42,106 bases of DNA from Octopus bimaculoides. Taxonomy: Eukaryota. The stretch covers positions 83,987,502 through 84,029,607 of the forward strand of contig NC_068990.1 in assembly GCF_001194135.2 (NCBI RefSeq), written 5' to 3'. The translations under genes were made by a program, and so were the position numbers. The stretch's first letter is position 1; every line of letters begins with the position of its first letter. The notes below the pieces were generated by a model. The model did not search any database and was not told the origin of the DNA. It saw only the letters and a list, made by a program, of their open reading frames with translations. Of the stretch, positions 12,294-23,527 are shown one piece after another.

Positions 12294-12834
12294 ACATCCG
12301 ATGCGTGGCACACCGTGCACCTGTGCAGGCAACGTAGATTTGGTGGAGAGAGTGAGCTAATGTGTAGCATAAAACATCTAATCACTATAGATAAATCATG
12401 CGAGTAGACCGTTCAGAAACAAATTGTAAGATCTTTATCTGTCGCCTACAAAAGGAGTGTCCGCGACAATGACAACGTATTTACCGATAACAATTATTAC
12501 TGTCTGTTAGCTCTGCTGCAACATTTCAAAACATAACGTTAATTTGTTTCAACTAAAATTCTACCTCATAAATTGTTACTTGTTAAAAACAAAGTACCTT
12601 ATTAGAAAGAAAACGATACCAGTAATATTGCGGGTTAACCAACAACTTACTACGATTCTTTAGTTAGATCACATTCTACCTACTTTATTGTTTTTTCGCC
12701 TCATACTTGATAAACAAATTGTTTAATTGTAACTCAAAAGGATTCGAGTGGAGGTGGAGTGATGGGGAATATGGATCTGGCGATGATCGAACATTTGAAA
12801 AACAAGTTTATTATCTTTAGGAAGAAAAGTTAGT

Positions 12835-13047
12835 AAGCTGAGGGAAGTGTTAGCACGCCGGACAAAATATTTAGCGGCATTTCGTCTGTCTTTAAAGTCT
12901 GAGTTCAAATTCCGCCGAAGTTGATTTTGCCTGTCATTCTTTCGGGGTCAATGAAACTAGTACCAGTTAAGTACCGGGATCGATATTGTTGACTAGCCCC
13001 CTCCCTCCTCCAAAATTTCAGCCCTTGTACCTATAGTAGAAAGAAAT
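12835..13047 (+). mobile_element. SINE family A copy
   Basis: GTTAGCACGCCGGACAAAAT...GAGTTCAAATTCCGCCG...CTTTCGGGGTCAAT...AGTACCAG. Confidence 0.8.
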
Positions 13048-13064
13048 CCACGCATTCACACTCC

Positions 13065-13126
<62 letters not shown>

Positions 13127-13771
13127 GACTTAACATCAGTATCCGAATACGAATTACTTAATCGACCCCACCCCAGAACGCTGAAAGGCCTGGTTGGCTC
13201 CTGTTGGAATCAGAAATTAGAACAAATACACTTCGTGTGCGTTTATATATAGGGAGGCAAGTGCTTAAGTAATTCGTCTGACAATCAAGAGGCCCTGGAT
13301 CCGATCCCACAACTTAGCATCTTAGGCAAATAGACTGTGGTCGACCGAAGCCTTATAAAGAAATTGGGCAGTCGGAAACTCTGCAGAAGCCCGTCAGACC
13401 GATAGTATCTTCATTTAAAGGCCTAGACCTGCCACGTAGTCTATTGCGGTGGCTCTGCTTGAGAACTACGCTAAGGAGACTTGCGTTTGTGACATTTTCA
13501 GCCACTTACACAACAATGCACTGTGCGCTACATTGTAGCTTACTTGATTGAACAACTGAATACCATCGTTGAAACCGACGAAGATCCATTATATAATATA
13601 GCGTATTTATTTGTATGTAAGTCGCATCCCTAATTTAGCGTCAAATTTTATCCAAAATTATTGAGACTTACTCTGCAAATGAGTTTCACCCCGGTATTTT
13701 CAATTAAAATTAAGTATAAAACAGTGCAAATTATACATGAGCAGGTACGGTATATGTCCTATGTATATATG

Positions 13772-13802
<31 letters not shown>

Positions 13803-13978
13803 CACGCGCGTGAGTGTATGTGCACGCGCGTGAGTGTGTAATTTACAAATGATATCTGAGGTTTATGATAATACTGAGAACCATTCTTTTTTTTTTTTAA
13901 TTATATATATTGAAAATTGAAACACAAATACAAAAAATATATATAGTTTATACATGACAGCATGAATATAACACTTAC

Positions 13979-14188
13979 GGCAATTCCTTTTTGCTCCCTA
14001 ATGGCTGTCCTAGTCATTCCACCTTCAATGCAAGGAAAGCAAGTATAAAAAAGGCCATATAGAACGCAAGATTTTCCAGTAGCCTCAGCATTTTTTCCTG
14101 CTGTGTAACATGGAACAAAATATGTAACGATGCATATTCCCAAGTTGTCAAAACAACCGAAAAGACCGTGGCTAAATTCAGCACTCAT
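13979..14188 (-). CDS. PLAC8-like: First coding exon (70 aa, partial CDS) of a PLAC8/cornifelin/plant-cadmium-resistance (DUF614) family cysteine-rich protein
   Basis: Translates MSAEFSHGLFGCFDNLGICIVTYFVPCYTAGKNAEATGKSCVLYGLFYTCFPCIEGGMTRTAIREQKGIA. It has the family N-terminal GLFGCF-x-x-x-G-x-C motif, C-x5-(V/C)PC and R-x-x-IRE-x-x-GI. The start context is CAAACATCATG. A phase-0 donor GCC|GTAAGT lies at 13979/13978, where the family normally continues with GS. A possible upstream acceptor TTTTCTATCCCAG would start the exon at 14243. The rest of the supplied ORF (VSVIF...) is intron read-through. Confidence 0.9.
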
Positions 14189-14276
14189 GATGTTTGCTGT
14201 ACTTTATTTATTTATTCCTTCTTATTTAAAAGTTTCAGTGTTTCTGGGATAGAAAATATTCTATCTATATACCTAT

Positions 14277-14307
<31 letters not shown>

Positions 14308-14656
14308 TATATATATATATAGATATATGATTCTATATAGATATAGATATGCGTATGTTTTTGTGTAGGTGTGTGTTTATGATTATGTGAGATTTTTTGT
14401 AAAACGTGAATTCATATATCACGCGTATTGATCCTTCAAGGAAGGCAGCCTGAGTGAAGGTTTTTCACAACTTGGTCTCTTATATACTGGATAGTTTGTT
14501 ACGTACTGGATCAGTAGGCAACAAATGTGGGAGGTGTCAGTAGCGTTATCTTTGACACTTCCCACCCACATTACAAGTTGGATTTTCTGTTGATTTTTTT
14601 CTCTCTTACTTTCTTTGACTTTTCTATTTTATTTGTTCATTCTAACTTTTCTTTTG

Positions 14657-15022
14657 ATTCTTTGTGTTCCCTTTTTTTTGCGTTATTTTATGGGGAGTTT
14701 CAAAGTTTAAATAAAATGTTATATTTAATGCATAAACGCGCAGTTATAAAATAAAATTCTCATCTACTGTACTCTCTCTATCTTTTTTTCTCACTCCCTC
14801 TCTCTGTCAACTCTCTCTTTCCCTCCCCCCTCTCTCTGTCTCTCTCTCTCTGACTCATTCACACGCTCATGCACACACACGGACACATATACACACACAC
14901 ACACACAAAACGCACACCACACACACATAGTGGCATAATATAATGATCGGACGTACAGAAGCTTAATATAGATTAGTAGACATTCACACATTTACACGCA
15001 TACTCACACACATAAAATTACT

Positions 15023-15066
<44 letters not shown>

Positions 15067-15651
15067 CGCACACACACACAAACATTCTATTGCTGCGAAC
15101 ACTTACATATATAAGTATGTGTGTGCGTTCACACACACACATGCACGCGCACGCGCACGCCCTTGTTGGCATGATACAATAATGGGACGTACACAAACTT
15201 AGTATAAATGTATAGACGTTCACAAACATTCACACGCATACTCAAACATACATAAACGTACTCACACACACACACAGAAATAGAAGCATTGTATTGATGT
15301 CACTTAGAGACATAAGTGTGTGCGCGCGCACACATACAACACACAACACGCACACACACACACGCACACACACGCACACGCACACTCACACAAACAAAAT
15401 ATGTTTAGACACGCACATATACCTAGATACAGTATGTGTGTGTAGACACACATATACATAGATACAGTATGTGCATACACATACACATATATACACACAG
15501 ACAAAAACAGACGAAGTGTATAAATGTGCACGCTCACGCACACATGCATACATTCATACATACATACACACATACATATATACATACATACACACATGCA
15601 TGAATATATATACACACATACATGCATGTATATACATACATGTATGCATGA

Positions 15652-15695
<44 letters not shown>

Positions 15696-16349
15696 NNNNN
15701 NNNNNNNNNNNNNNNNNNNNNNNNNNNNNNNNNNNNNNNNNNNNNNNNNNNNNNNNNNNNNNNNNNNNNNNNNNNNNNNNNNNNNNNNNNNNNNNNNNNN
15801 NNNNNNNNNNNNNNNNNNNNNNNNNNNNNNNNNNNNNNNNNNNNNNNNNNNNNNNNNNNNNNNNNNNNNNNNNNNNNNNNNNNNNNNNNNNNNNNNNNNN
15901 NNNNNNNNNNNNNNNNNNNNNNNNNNNNNNNNNNNNNNNNNNNNNNNNNNNNNNNNNNNNNNNNNNNNNNNNNNNNNNNNNNNNNNNNNNNNNNNNNNNN
16001 NNNNNNNNNNNNNNNNNNNNNNNNNNNNNNNNNNNNNNNNNNNNNNNNNNNNNNNNNNNNNNNNNNNNNNNNNNNNNNNNNNNNNNNNNNNNNNNNNNNN
16101 NNNNNNNNNNNNNNNNNNNNNNNNNNNNNNNNNNNNNNNNNNNNNNNNNNNNNNNNNNNNNNNNNNNNNNNNNNNNNNNNNNNNNNNNNNNNNNNNNNNN
16201 NNNNNNNNNNNNNNNNNNNNNNNNNNNNNNNNNNNNNNNNNNNNNNNNNNNNNNNNNNNNNNNNNNNNNNNNNNNNACTTAAATAAATTGAAGTAGCATG
16301 AAACGTGCGTACTGCAATCACTTTTGAAATCCGTGTTGCTTATTGTTTG

Positions 16350-16392
<43 letters not shown>

Positions 16393-16592
16393 ACCCCTAG
16401 GGGTCAGCCACATTTAAGTGGCAATATACTTCACTTTATCGTGCAGTTACTGTTAATACCTAATTTAGAGAATTAACATTGCTTATATATATATATACAT
16501 ATATGCATGCATACATACATATATGCATACATGCATACAGACATGCATGCATACATAATCTCTCGACTATCGCGGGTGTTATATTCCAACCG

Positions 16593-16625
<33 letters not shown>

Positions 16626-17251
16626 GTGATAGGTTAACGTCCGCGAAGTAGAAACAGTACTGGACTCATTATTTTTACTGCACTGTATATATTTTTTTAA
16701 TTATTTTTATAATTTGCATATATTTATTTTATTATAAATATACGGAAGAATCGACGTTAGCTTAAATAATAAACCTTATTCTTTGTGTTCCCTTTTTTTT
16801 GCGTAATTTTATGGGGTGTTTCAAAGTTTAAATAAAATGTTATATTTAATGCATAAACGCGCAGTTATAAAATAAAATTCTCATTTAGCGGTAACCTAGC
16901 GGTTCGGCAAAATAGACCGATAGAACAAGTACTAGGCTTACAAAGAATAAGTCCTGGGGTCGATTTGCTCGACTAAAGGCGGTGCTCCAGGATGGCCGCA
17001 GTCAAATGACTGAAAGAAATAAAAGAATAAAAGAGAATATTTACTCTACTCTCTCGATCTCTTTCTCACTCCCTTTCTCTTTCCCTCCCTCTCTCTCACT
17101 CTCCCTCTTTCTGACTAATTCACACGCTCCTACACACACACACACACACACACACGACACATACNNNNNNNNNNNNNNNNNNNNNNNNNNNNNNNNNNNN
17201 NNNNNNNNNNNNNNNNNNNNNNNNNNNNNNNNNNNNNNNNNNNNNNNNNNN

Positions 17252-17309
<58 letters not shown>

Positions 17310-18024
17310 ACACACACACACAGAAGCATTCTATTGCTGCAAACACTTACAGATATAATATAAGTAGATTTGTGCGTTCACACACATATACACATCCGCG
17401 CGCGCTCGCACTCCTTTGTTGACATAATACAATAATGGGATTTGCACAAACTTTGTAGAAATGTATATACATTCGCAGACATTCACACGCATACCTAAGC
17501 ATACATAAACGTACCCACACACGCATATACACACATATACACACACACAATACATACACACGCACACACACACAAACACACACAAATAAAATATGCTTAG
17601 ACACATACATACTCAGACATAGATATAGTATTAATGCGCATACACATACACATATATACACACGTACAAAAACAGACAAAGAGTATAAATGTGCACGCTG
17701 TCCCACACACACATACATGCACACATACATATATACATACATGCAAGCGTGGATATATATACATACATGCATGAATATATATACATACATGCATACATAT
17801 ATAGATCCATGCATACATACATATATACATGCATACAGACATGCATGCATGCATAATCCCTCGACTATCGCGGTTGTTACATTCCAAAACCGCACGTGAA
17901 ACAGCACTGTATTGCGTATTACTTTTACTGTACTGTATGTTTTTTTTAATTATTTTTATAATTTGCATATATTTATTTTATTATAAATGCACGGAAGAAT
18001 CGACGTGAGTTTAAATAATAAACC
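14657..18024. repeat. Head-to-tail tandem duplication (unit 1 ~14657-16775, unit 2 ~16776-18024)
   Basis: Both units start ATTCTTTGTGTTCCCTTTTTTT(T)GCGT and end GGAAGAATCGACGT...AAATAATAAACC. Internal anchors are colinear: CATTCTATTGCTGC at ~15083/17327; ACAAAAACAGAC...TATAAATGTGCACGCT at ~15500/17665; CTCGACTATCGCGG at ~16562/17860. Confidence 0.9.
16887..17036 (+). mobile_element. SINE family B 3' part inserted in the second duplicated unit
   Basis: CTAGCGGTTCGGCAAAATAGACCGATAGAACAAGTACTAGGC...GGCCGCAGTCAAATGACTGAAAG is absent from the paralogous position at ~14763. Confidence 0.85.
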
Positions 18025-18088
18025 GCGATAGATGAACCGCGATATGTGAACCGCGATATGTGAACCGCGATATGTGAACCGCGATATG
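18021..18088. repeat. 14-bp minisatellite (AACCGCGATATGTG) x~4.9
   Basis: Units at 18021, 18035, 18049, 18063 and 18077 (partial); the first has one substitution. Confidence 0.95.
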
Positions 18089-18153
18089 ATGAGGGATTAT
18101 TGTAAATGCGTACATACATAAATGCATGCATACATACATGTACACATACATGC

Positions 18154-18212
<59 letters not shown>

Positions 18213-19509
18213 TGCATACATACACACATACATACATGCATTCATACATATATGCATACATACATGCATATGTACATAAATACATACATACATATACAAA
18301 TACATGCACACATACATGCATGCATGCATACATACATACATGCATGATTTGATGTTTAGAAATGCCTAATTCGACCATCTACCACTTGAGGTTCTAAGTT
18401 GCCTGCATCAACTTCATATCCAGGAGTGTCTCTATCAACAGGTTGAATGTTTTCCTCTTTATTAGTTTTAAACATAACACTGCAAGTGAGAAATGTCAAA
18501 TTTTCAACAAGTGACTTGATGTTTATAAAACATGCTGTTACTATTTGACACTCCCTTCCTTCACTTATTGGAATTGTAGAAATGATACCAAAAGGCGCGG
18601 CTGTTTCTGTCCTGTTTTTTTGTTTTTGTTTTTGTTTTTTTTGTTTTTTTTTGCTTTTTTTTTTAAGAACTCTGTTTAGAAAACAGGAAAGAGCGTAAAC
18701 AGTGGATTAAATTATGAAAACAGATCCAAAGCTTTTTCCGGTCAGTTTTCAATATACAATGAGGTGTCGGAATGACATTCTGTAACTTGCTGACTTTCCA
18801 ATTGATAATAAGAACTCTGTTTTCTAAACAGAGTTCTTAAAAAAAAAATAGATAAGTATAATAAGGAGTTTAAAAAGCAAAGTGAACTCATTTTAACAAG
18901 GTTTCCAGATTGTTTCACAGATATGCACCACTCAGACAAGCACTTCAAACAGTAACAAAGCTAGATGGGGCGATCCGCTCCGAGCGACTCTTTTATTGGG
19001 GCGGCACTTTTGGATCTGCTGTATAAGCCTGTATATGCTGCGTAGCCCACGTCACCCCTAGAGGGGGAGCAGCAAGCTCAGGGGCTTCCCGGGCAACGTA
19101 ACGCTCTAACCACGCCGCTAAATTCCAATATCTTTCTTAAAATAAACAAGATAAGAGAATTAGAATTTGTGTCCTTCATAGAATTTCTTACAGATTAATT
19201 TAGTAGCCATAAAGGAAAAGAAAGCAAAATGGAATTCTTACAAAAAGTATTCGAAATTGGTTCTAATTTTTGGCATTCACCACTTCAAATATTTTGTTTC
19301 AATTACAGTTTGATTAATTAAGCTTTCCAAATTTTACAGGAAAATGTCTTTAAGACAACATGATGTTCATGCCTTACCTAAATACATGTAGCATCACCTC
19401 TATCTTTAAAGTTGTGGTTTTTAACCTTTTGTAACTCAGTATTTCCTAAATAGGGTTCAACAACCACACTCCTTTACTATATTTTACATACAAAAAAATA
19501 ACAGATTAT

Positions 19510-20636
19510 TGTTACGAACGAAAAAATATATATTCAGATAATTCTGTGTTCAAACGACGCGACTTTGAACTTCGCTCTCTGATTTTGCTAGCGAAGATGA
19601 AAAAATAATTCTTTGTGGTCACGTGGCTGTTTAAAGCTAAGGATGTATGATTTTGGCGAGCTTTTTATTGTGTGAACGGACTATAAATGTTATTAGTGAA
19701 GACTTGACAGAGTTAGTTCGTGCTGGAATAAGAGGCAAGTGCCTCATTTCAAAGACATGATAAATTGAAATTGTAAAGTAAGAGGTTTATAGCCTCAAAT
19801 TGTAAATTTATGTATACATTTATAAAAAGAACAATGATTTAGAGAAGCAGAGTTCGGCGGGCGGCTCCCATTAATACCATCTTACTCATCATTCATCTCA
19901 TCCCATTAATGTGTTTGTCCAGCCTGTAACTACTCCTCTGTGTACTGCCTTTATGGCAATTTGAATGAAATATAGTTCGTGCTGGAAGCCGATAGGAACG
20001 GGAGGTCCGAAGCCTGCTGGAAGACAATGTGCAACGTTGATGTGTGATGTGCTGGAAGCCGATGTGAACGGTTTTATGTAGTAGTCAGTGCCATGCGGTC
20101 GATGTGAGGCAGTCGATGTGAGCGATGGTGCCGGAGAATTCGTGTGGAACAGTTGACACAGTATTCGATGTCGAGTGTGAAGTTGGTTTTGACGGTTAAT
20201 GTGAACAGTGGACGGTTTTGAACTTGCTGTGAAAATAGTGTGAACTTGGCAACGTAAAGAATACAGAATGGTGCCGTGAATTTGGAAGTAACAACAGTCC
20301 AGTCGAAAATAAAGATTTAAAAGGATAAAAAATAAATCATTAGACTGGTGAATAAAAGAAGAGCTTACCGAAAGAAGTCTACACATTTCAGAGACAAATG
20401 AAAGAACTCACTAAAGAACTGTCTATTTATTCCGTAAATGTTTATTCACCACTTAATTAAAGTTCTTTTGTTTTGGCTATACTCAACGGTTTTGCCTGTT
20501 ATTTTCAACTCTTCTGACTTCTTTCGCTACTGCTTCTTCCGCTCTTAGAAAGTTGGTTTGCTGAGCTCGCCTACGGTCTTCTGAGCTATCGGACACAGAC
20601 TGTTGGTGGTTTGGGGCGGCCGCGTGCGGGGTAACA
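19510..20636 (+). mobile_element. Probable solo LTR (1127 bp; Ty3/Gypsy-like by its 4-bp TSD)
   Basis: The element starts TGTTAC (19510) and ends GTAACA (20636), flanked by an identical TTAT (19506-09, 20637-40). It contains short direct repeats (GCTGGAAGCCGAT at 19981 and 20051; GTCGATGTGAG at 20098 and 20112) and AATAAA at 20308 and 20351. No gag/pol was recognised. Orientation is inferred from the polyA signals. Confidence 0.72.
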
Positions 20637-20691
20637 TTATTATAAAACAGAAATAAATTTTGCGCAGTTGTTTGTCATATTTTCTATGAGT

Positions 20692-20885
20692 AATGTGGTG
20701 ACCGGGCAAAATTGTTAGCACAGCGGACAAAATGCTTAGCGGCATTTCGTCCGTCTTTACGTTCTCAGTTCATGCCTTTCATCCTTTCAGAGTCGATAAA
20801 ATAAGTACTAGTTGAGAACTGGGGTCGCGATGTAATCGACTTAACTCCTCTCCGAAATTGCTGGCCTTGTGCCAAAATTTGAAAT
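20692..20885 (+). mobile_element. SINE family A copy
   Basis: TTGTTAGCACAGCGGACAAAATGCTTAGCGGCATTTCGTC...GCCTTTCATCCTTTCAGAGTCGATAAAATAAGTAC. Confidence 0.8.
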
Positions 20886-21206
20886 CTGTATTTTCTATGA
20901 GTATCCAATCCAGCATGTACCACCTCTTTTTAGATATTTGCGTGAATTATTGCTTTCCATTTGTAATTTCTATGAAAATTACAAAACAAAGAAAGGACTT
21001 ATTTAGTTATTTTGAAACTTGGTACATTGTCATGGTTTTGTTTCCTGATAACTCATTGACTTAAATTCTAATACCGACAACGATTTTCTTTGAAAGTGTG
21101 CTTATATTATAAGTATTGTACCTTGTTTAAATTTTTCCTTTCTAAAAAGTCCCAACACCATTTAACTATCCAGTGTCGTAGATAAGATGTTCAACTTTAC
21201 CAGAAT

Positions 21207-21383
21207 GTTTCTTCCAGAGTTTTGTTTCAACGATGAGGTTTTTCCCTCTTTCTCAAAGGTTGTCATTACTTTCGAGACAATACTTCTCGATACACGAACC
21301 ATTTCGGCTGTTTTCGTTACGCTAATGCTTGCCATACGTCCGCTAACAATTTGACCTCTTTGAAAGTCCGATAGATCTGTTAT
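21207..21383 (-). mobile_element. Tc1-like transposase N-terminal (paired-like HTH) fragment
   Basis: The open frame (I)TDLSDFQRGQIVSGRMASISVTKTAEMVRVSRSIVSKVMTTFEKEGKTSSLKQNSGR matches the Tc1 N-terminal pattern DLSDFxRGQIVG...SGR. The start codon appears mutated to ATA and the catalytic region is absent. Confidence 0.85.
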
Positions 21384-22061
21384 TTTAATGAATTTTAATT
21401 ACCTTTTTCTGGTGGTATCTGAAAAGACACAGCAATTTTAACAAAACATATTAAGCAACACTTAAAAATAAACAAGCTTTTGACGGTTTTATTGTCGGAG
21501 CATGTCGTCTTTGCAGGCATCAAAGTCCACTATCTACCACTAACCTCCCCGCTTAAACGTTCATCAAGATGCATTCTGACATCAGCATCACTTATCTATT
21601 TTGGTTTGTCTAAAACAATCTTGTCTTTCTTACCAAGTCGTGCCTCTGCTATTCTGGCTCATCAAACTACTTTTGCACTCACGAATCTTAAAACACGCGC
21701 TTTTGCATGAACAGTGCAACCTTTGTATATAGTTTCAAAGAAATTGTCCAGATACGTTTTATCAGTATATCGACAGTTTAACTCTCTTAACTAATATTTT
21801 CTATCTCAATTTCATTACTAGAGCTACGCTTCTCAATTCTTTTTACTTTTTTTTAAAACCCATTCATAAATTATTTAAAATAGTTTGCTTCAATTTTCGT
21901 TTAGCTTCCAGCTCCCTTTTCCAAGCCTGTAGACTTCCTGCCCAGAGAGATGTCTTTTGTCTTCGAGCAGCTGGATCCGTATGCCTAACTTGACAGTATA
22001 GATGATATAATTGTCTGTGCAACCAATACCCTACATTACTATTTATTCATTGAGCTAATGA

Positions 22062-22446
22062 GTTGTGTGTTGGCACTCCGTCGCTTACGACGTCGAGGGT
22101 TCCAGTTGATCCGATCCACGGAACAGCTTGCTCGTGAAATTAACGTGCAAGTGGCTGAGCACTCCACAGACACGTGTACCCTTAACGTAGTTCTCAGGGA
22201 TATTCAGCGTGACACAGTGTGACAAGGCTGACCCTTTAAAATACAGGTACAACAGAAACAGGAAGTAAGAGTGAGAGAAAGTTGTGGTGAAAGAGTACAG
22301 CAGGGTTCGCCGCCATCCCTTGCCGGAGCCTCGTGGATCTTTAGGCGTTTTCGCTCAATAAACACTCACAACGCCCGGTCTGGGAATCGAAACCGCGATT
22401 CTATGACCGCGAGTCCGCTGCCCTAACCACCGGGCCATTGCGCCTC
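22062..22446 (-). mobile_element. Full-length tRNA-derived SINE family C copy with 14-bp TSD
   Basis: TSD CATTGAGCTAATGA at 22048-22061 and 22447-22460. The A box is TGGCCCGGTGG and the B box is GTTTCGATTCC. Confidence 0.92.
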
Positions 22447-23405
22447 CATTGAGCTAATGAATTCCATATATAAATATGAAATGGATAATCCCACTGCAAC
22501 TTCTTTACGTCTCTATCGCAAAAAATTAATTTATATCTTTCAAGTAATTGGAATTGTTTGAGCAGGTTAAAAAGTTTCTATCACCTTTCCTTCCTGTTTT
22601 TTACTCCCACACAACCTTAATGTATACCTAATGTTTTTGAGGTCATTTTTTTTCTTTCAGTTCGTTAATACATTAATGAATAGCATGTCTCTAGAGGTGT
22701 TTTCCGGTCGCCTTGTGCAAAAGTAGTAAGGAAAGTTTACTCGGCCACAGTGTGTACATAATTGTATGACAAATGAAGACGGGATTGCAAAAGCGAGTAA
22801 GAGATGTTGGTTGACTACAACGACATGTCAGTTTATCTTTAGCTGTAAAGCTTGTTCCGTTGTTAATTTTTTATTTCTCAAAACGAGTCGACGCAACACA
22901 CAATATACTCTCTTACGTTACACTTTCCATGCTATTCTCTACATTTATTGGAAAGAATACAACTTTGTTCGAAATATAATTGCTAAATGAAATGCTTGAT
23001 AAGGAGTCTCAAACAAACTTCCATGTATACATCCGTTGTCATAGACGATCGTGACTGGTTCTGGCCACAGTTATACATAAACGAGTGTTTAGTCATGAAT
23101 CTTTAAGCAGGAGAATTGTGATATAAAAAGAACACTTAGCATATATAAGTTTATTTTATATTGATCACGTTTGTTAAATATACTGCCAGTATTGAAAACT
23201 TTGCCTAAGTGAAAACAAGAAACTTTCAAAAACAAACGGATAACATTAAACGCTGATTATACCACCGGAATTGCATGCCAGTACTTGCATATTACATGAA
23301 GTAAACTGACCAGAAACATATTTGAAGCAGATAAACAATGACTGCGTTTCCAATGCAATGATACACAAAAATCAATGCGTAATGATGTCTACGGGTATGT
23401 GCGCA

Positions 23406-23459
<54 letters not shown>

Positions 23460-23479
23460 ACACACTGTCCCCACCCTAC

Positions 23480-23527
<48 letters not shown>

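Noticed and set aside
12740-12820. GFEWRWSDGEYG resembling a C-type lectin WxWxDG motif
   Set aside because: It is an isolated short match with no good acceptor and no WND or cysteine pattern.
19055-19070. CCCCTAGAGGGGGAGC as a CTCF site
   Set aside because: It mismatches the near-invariant C after AGRKGG and sits in a probable repeat fragment.
19898-20386. 162-aa minus-strand ORF
   Set aside because: It lies inside the probable solo LTR, antisense to its inferred orientation, and has no gag/pol/env motif.
21490-21770. Minus-strand YLDNFF resembling the piggyBac YxDNxFT motif
   Set aside because: The following residues do not match the piggyBac continuation (no GT-x-R-x-NR), the frame has several stops, and there are no TTAA/TIR ends.
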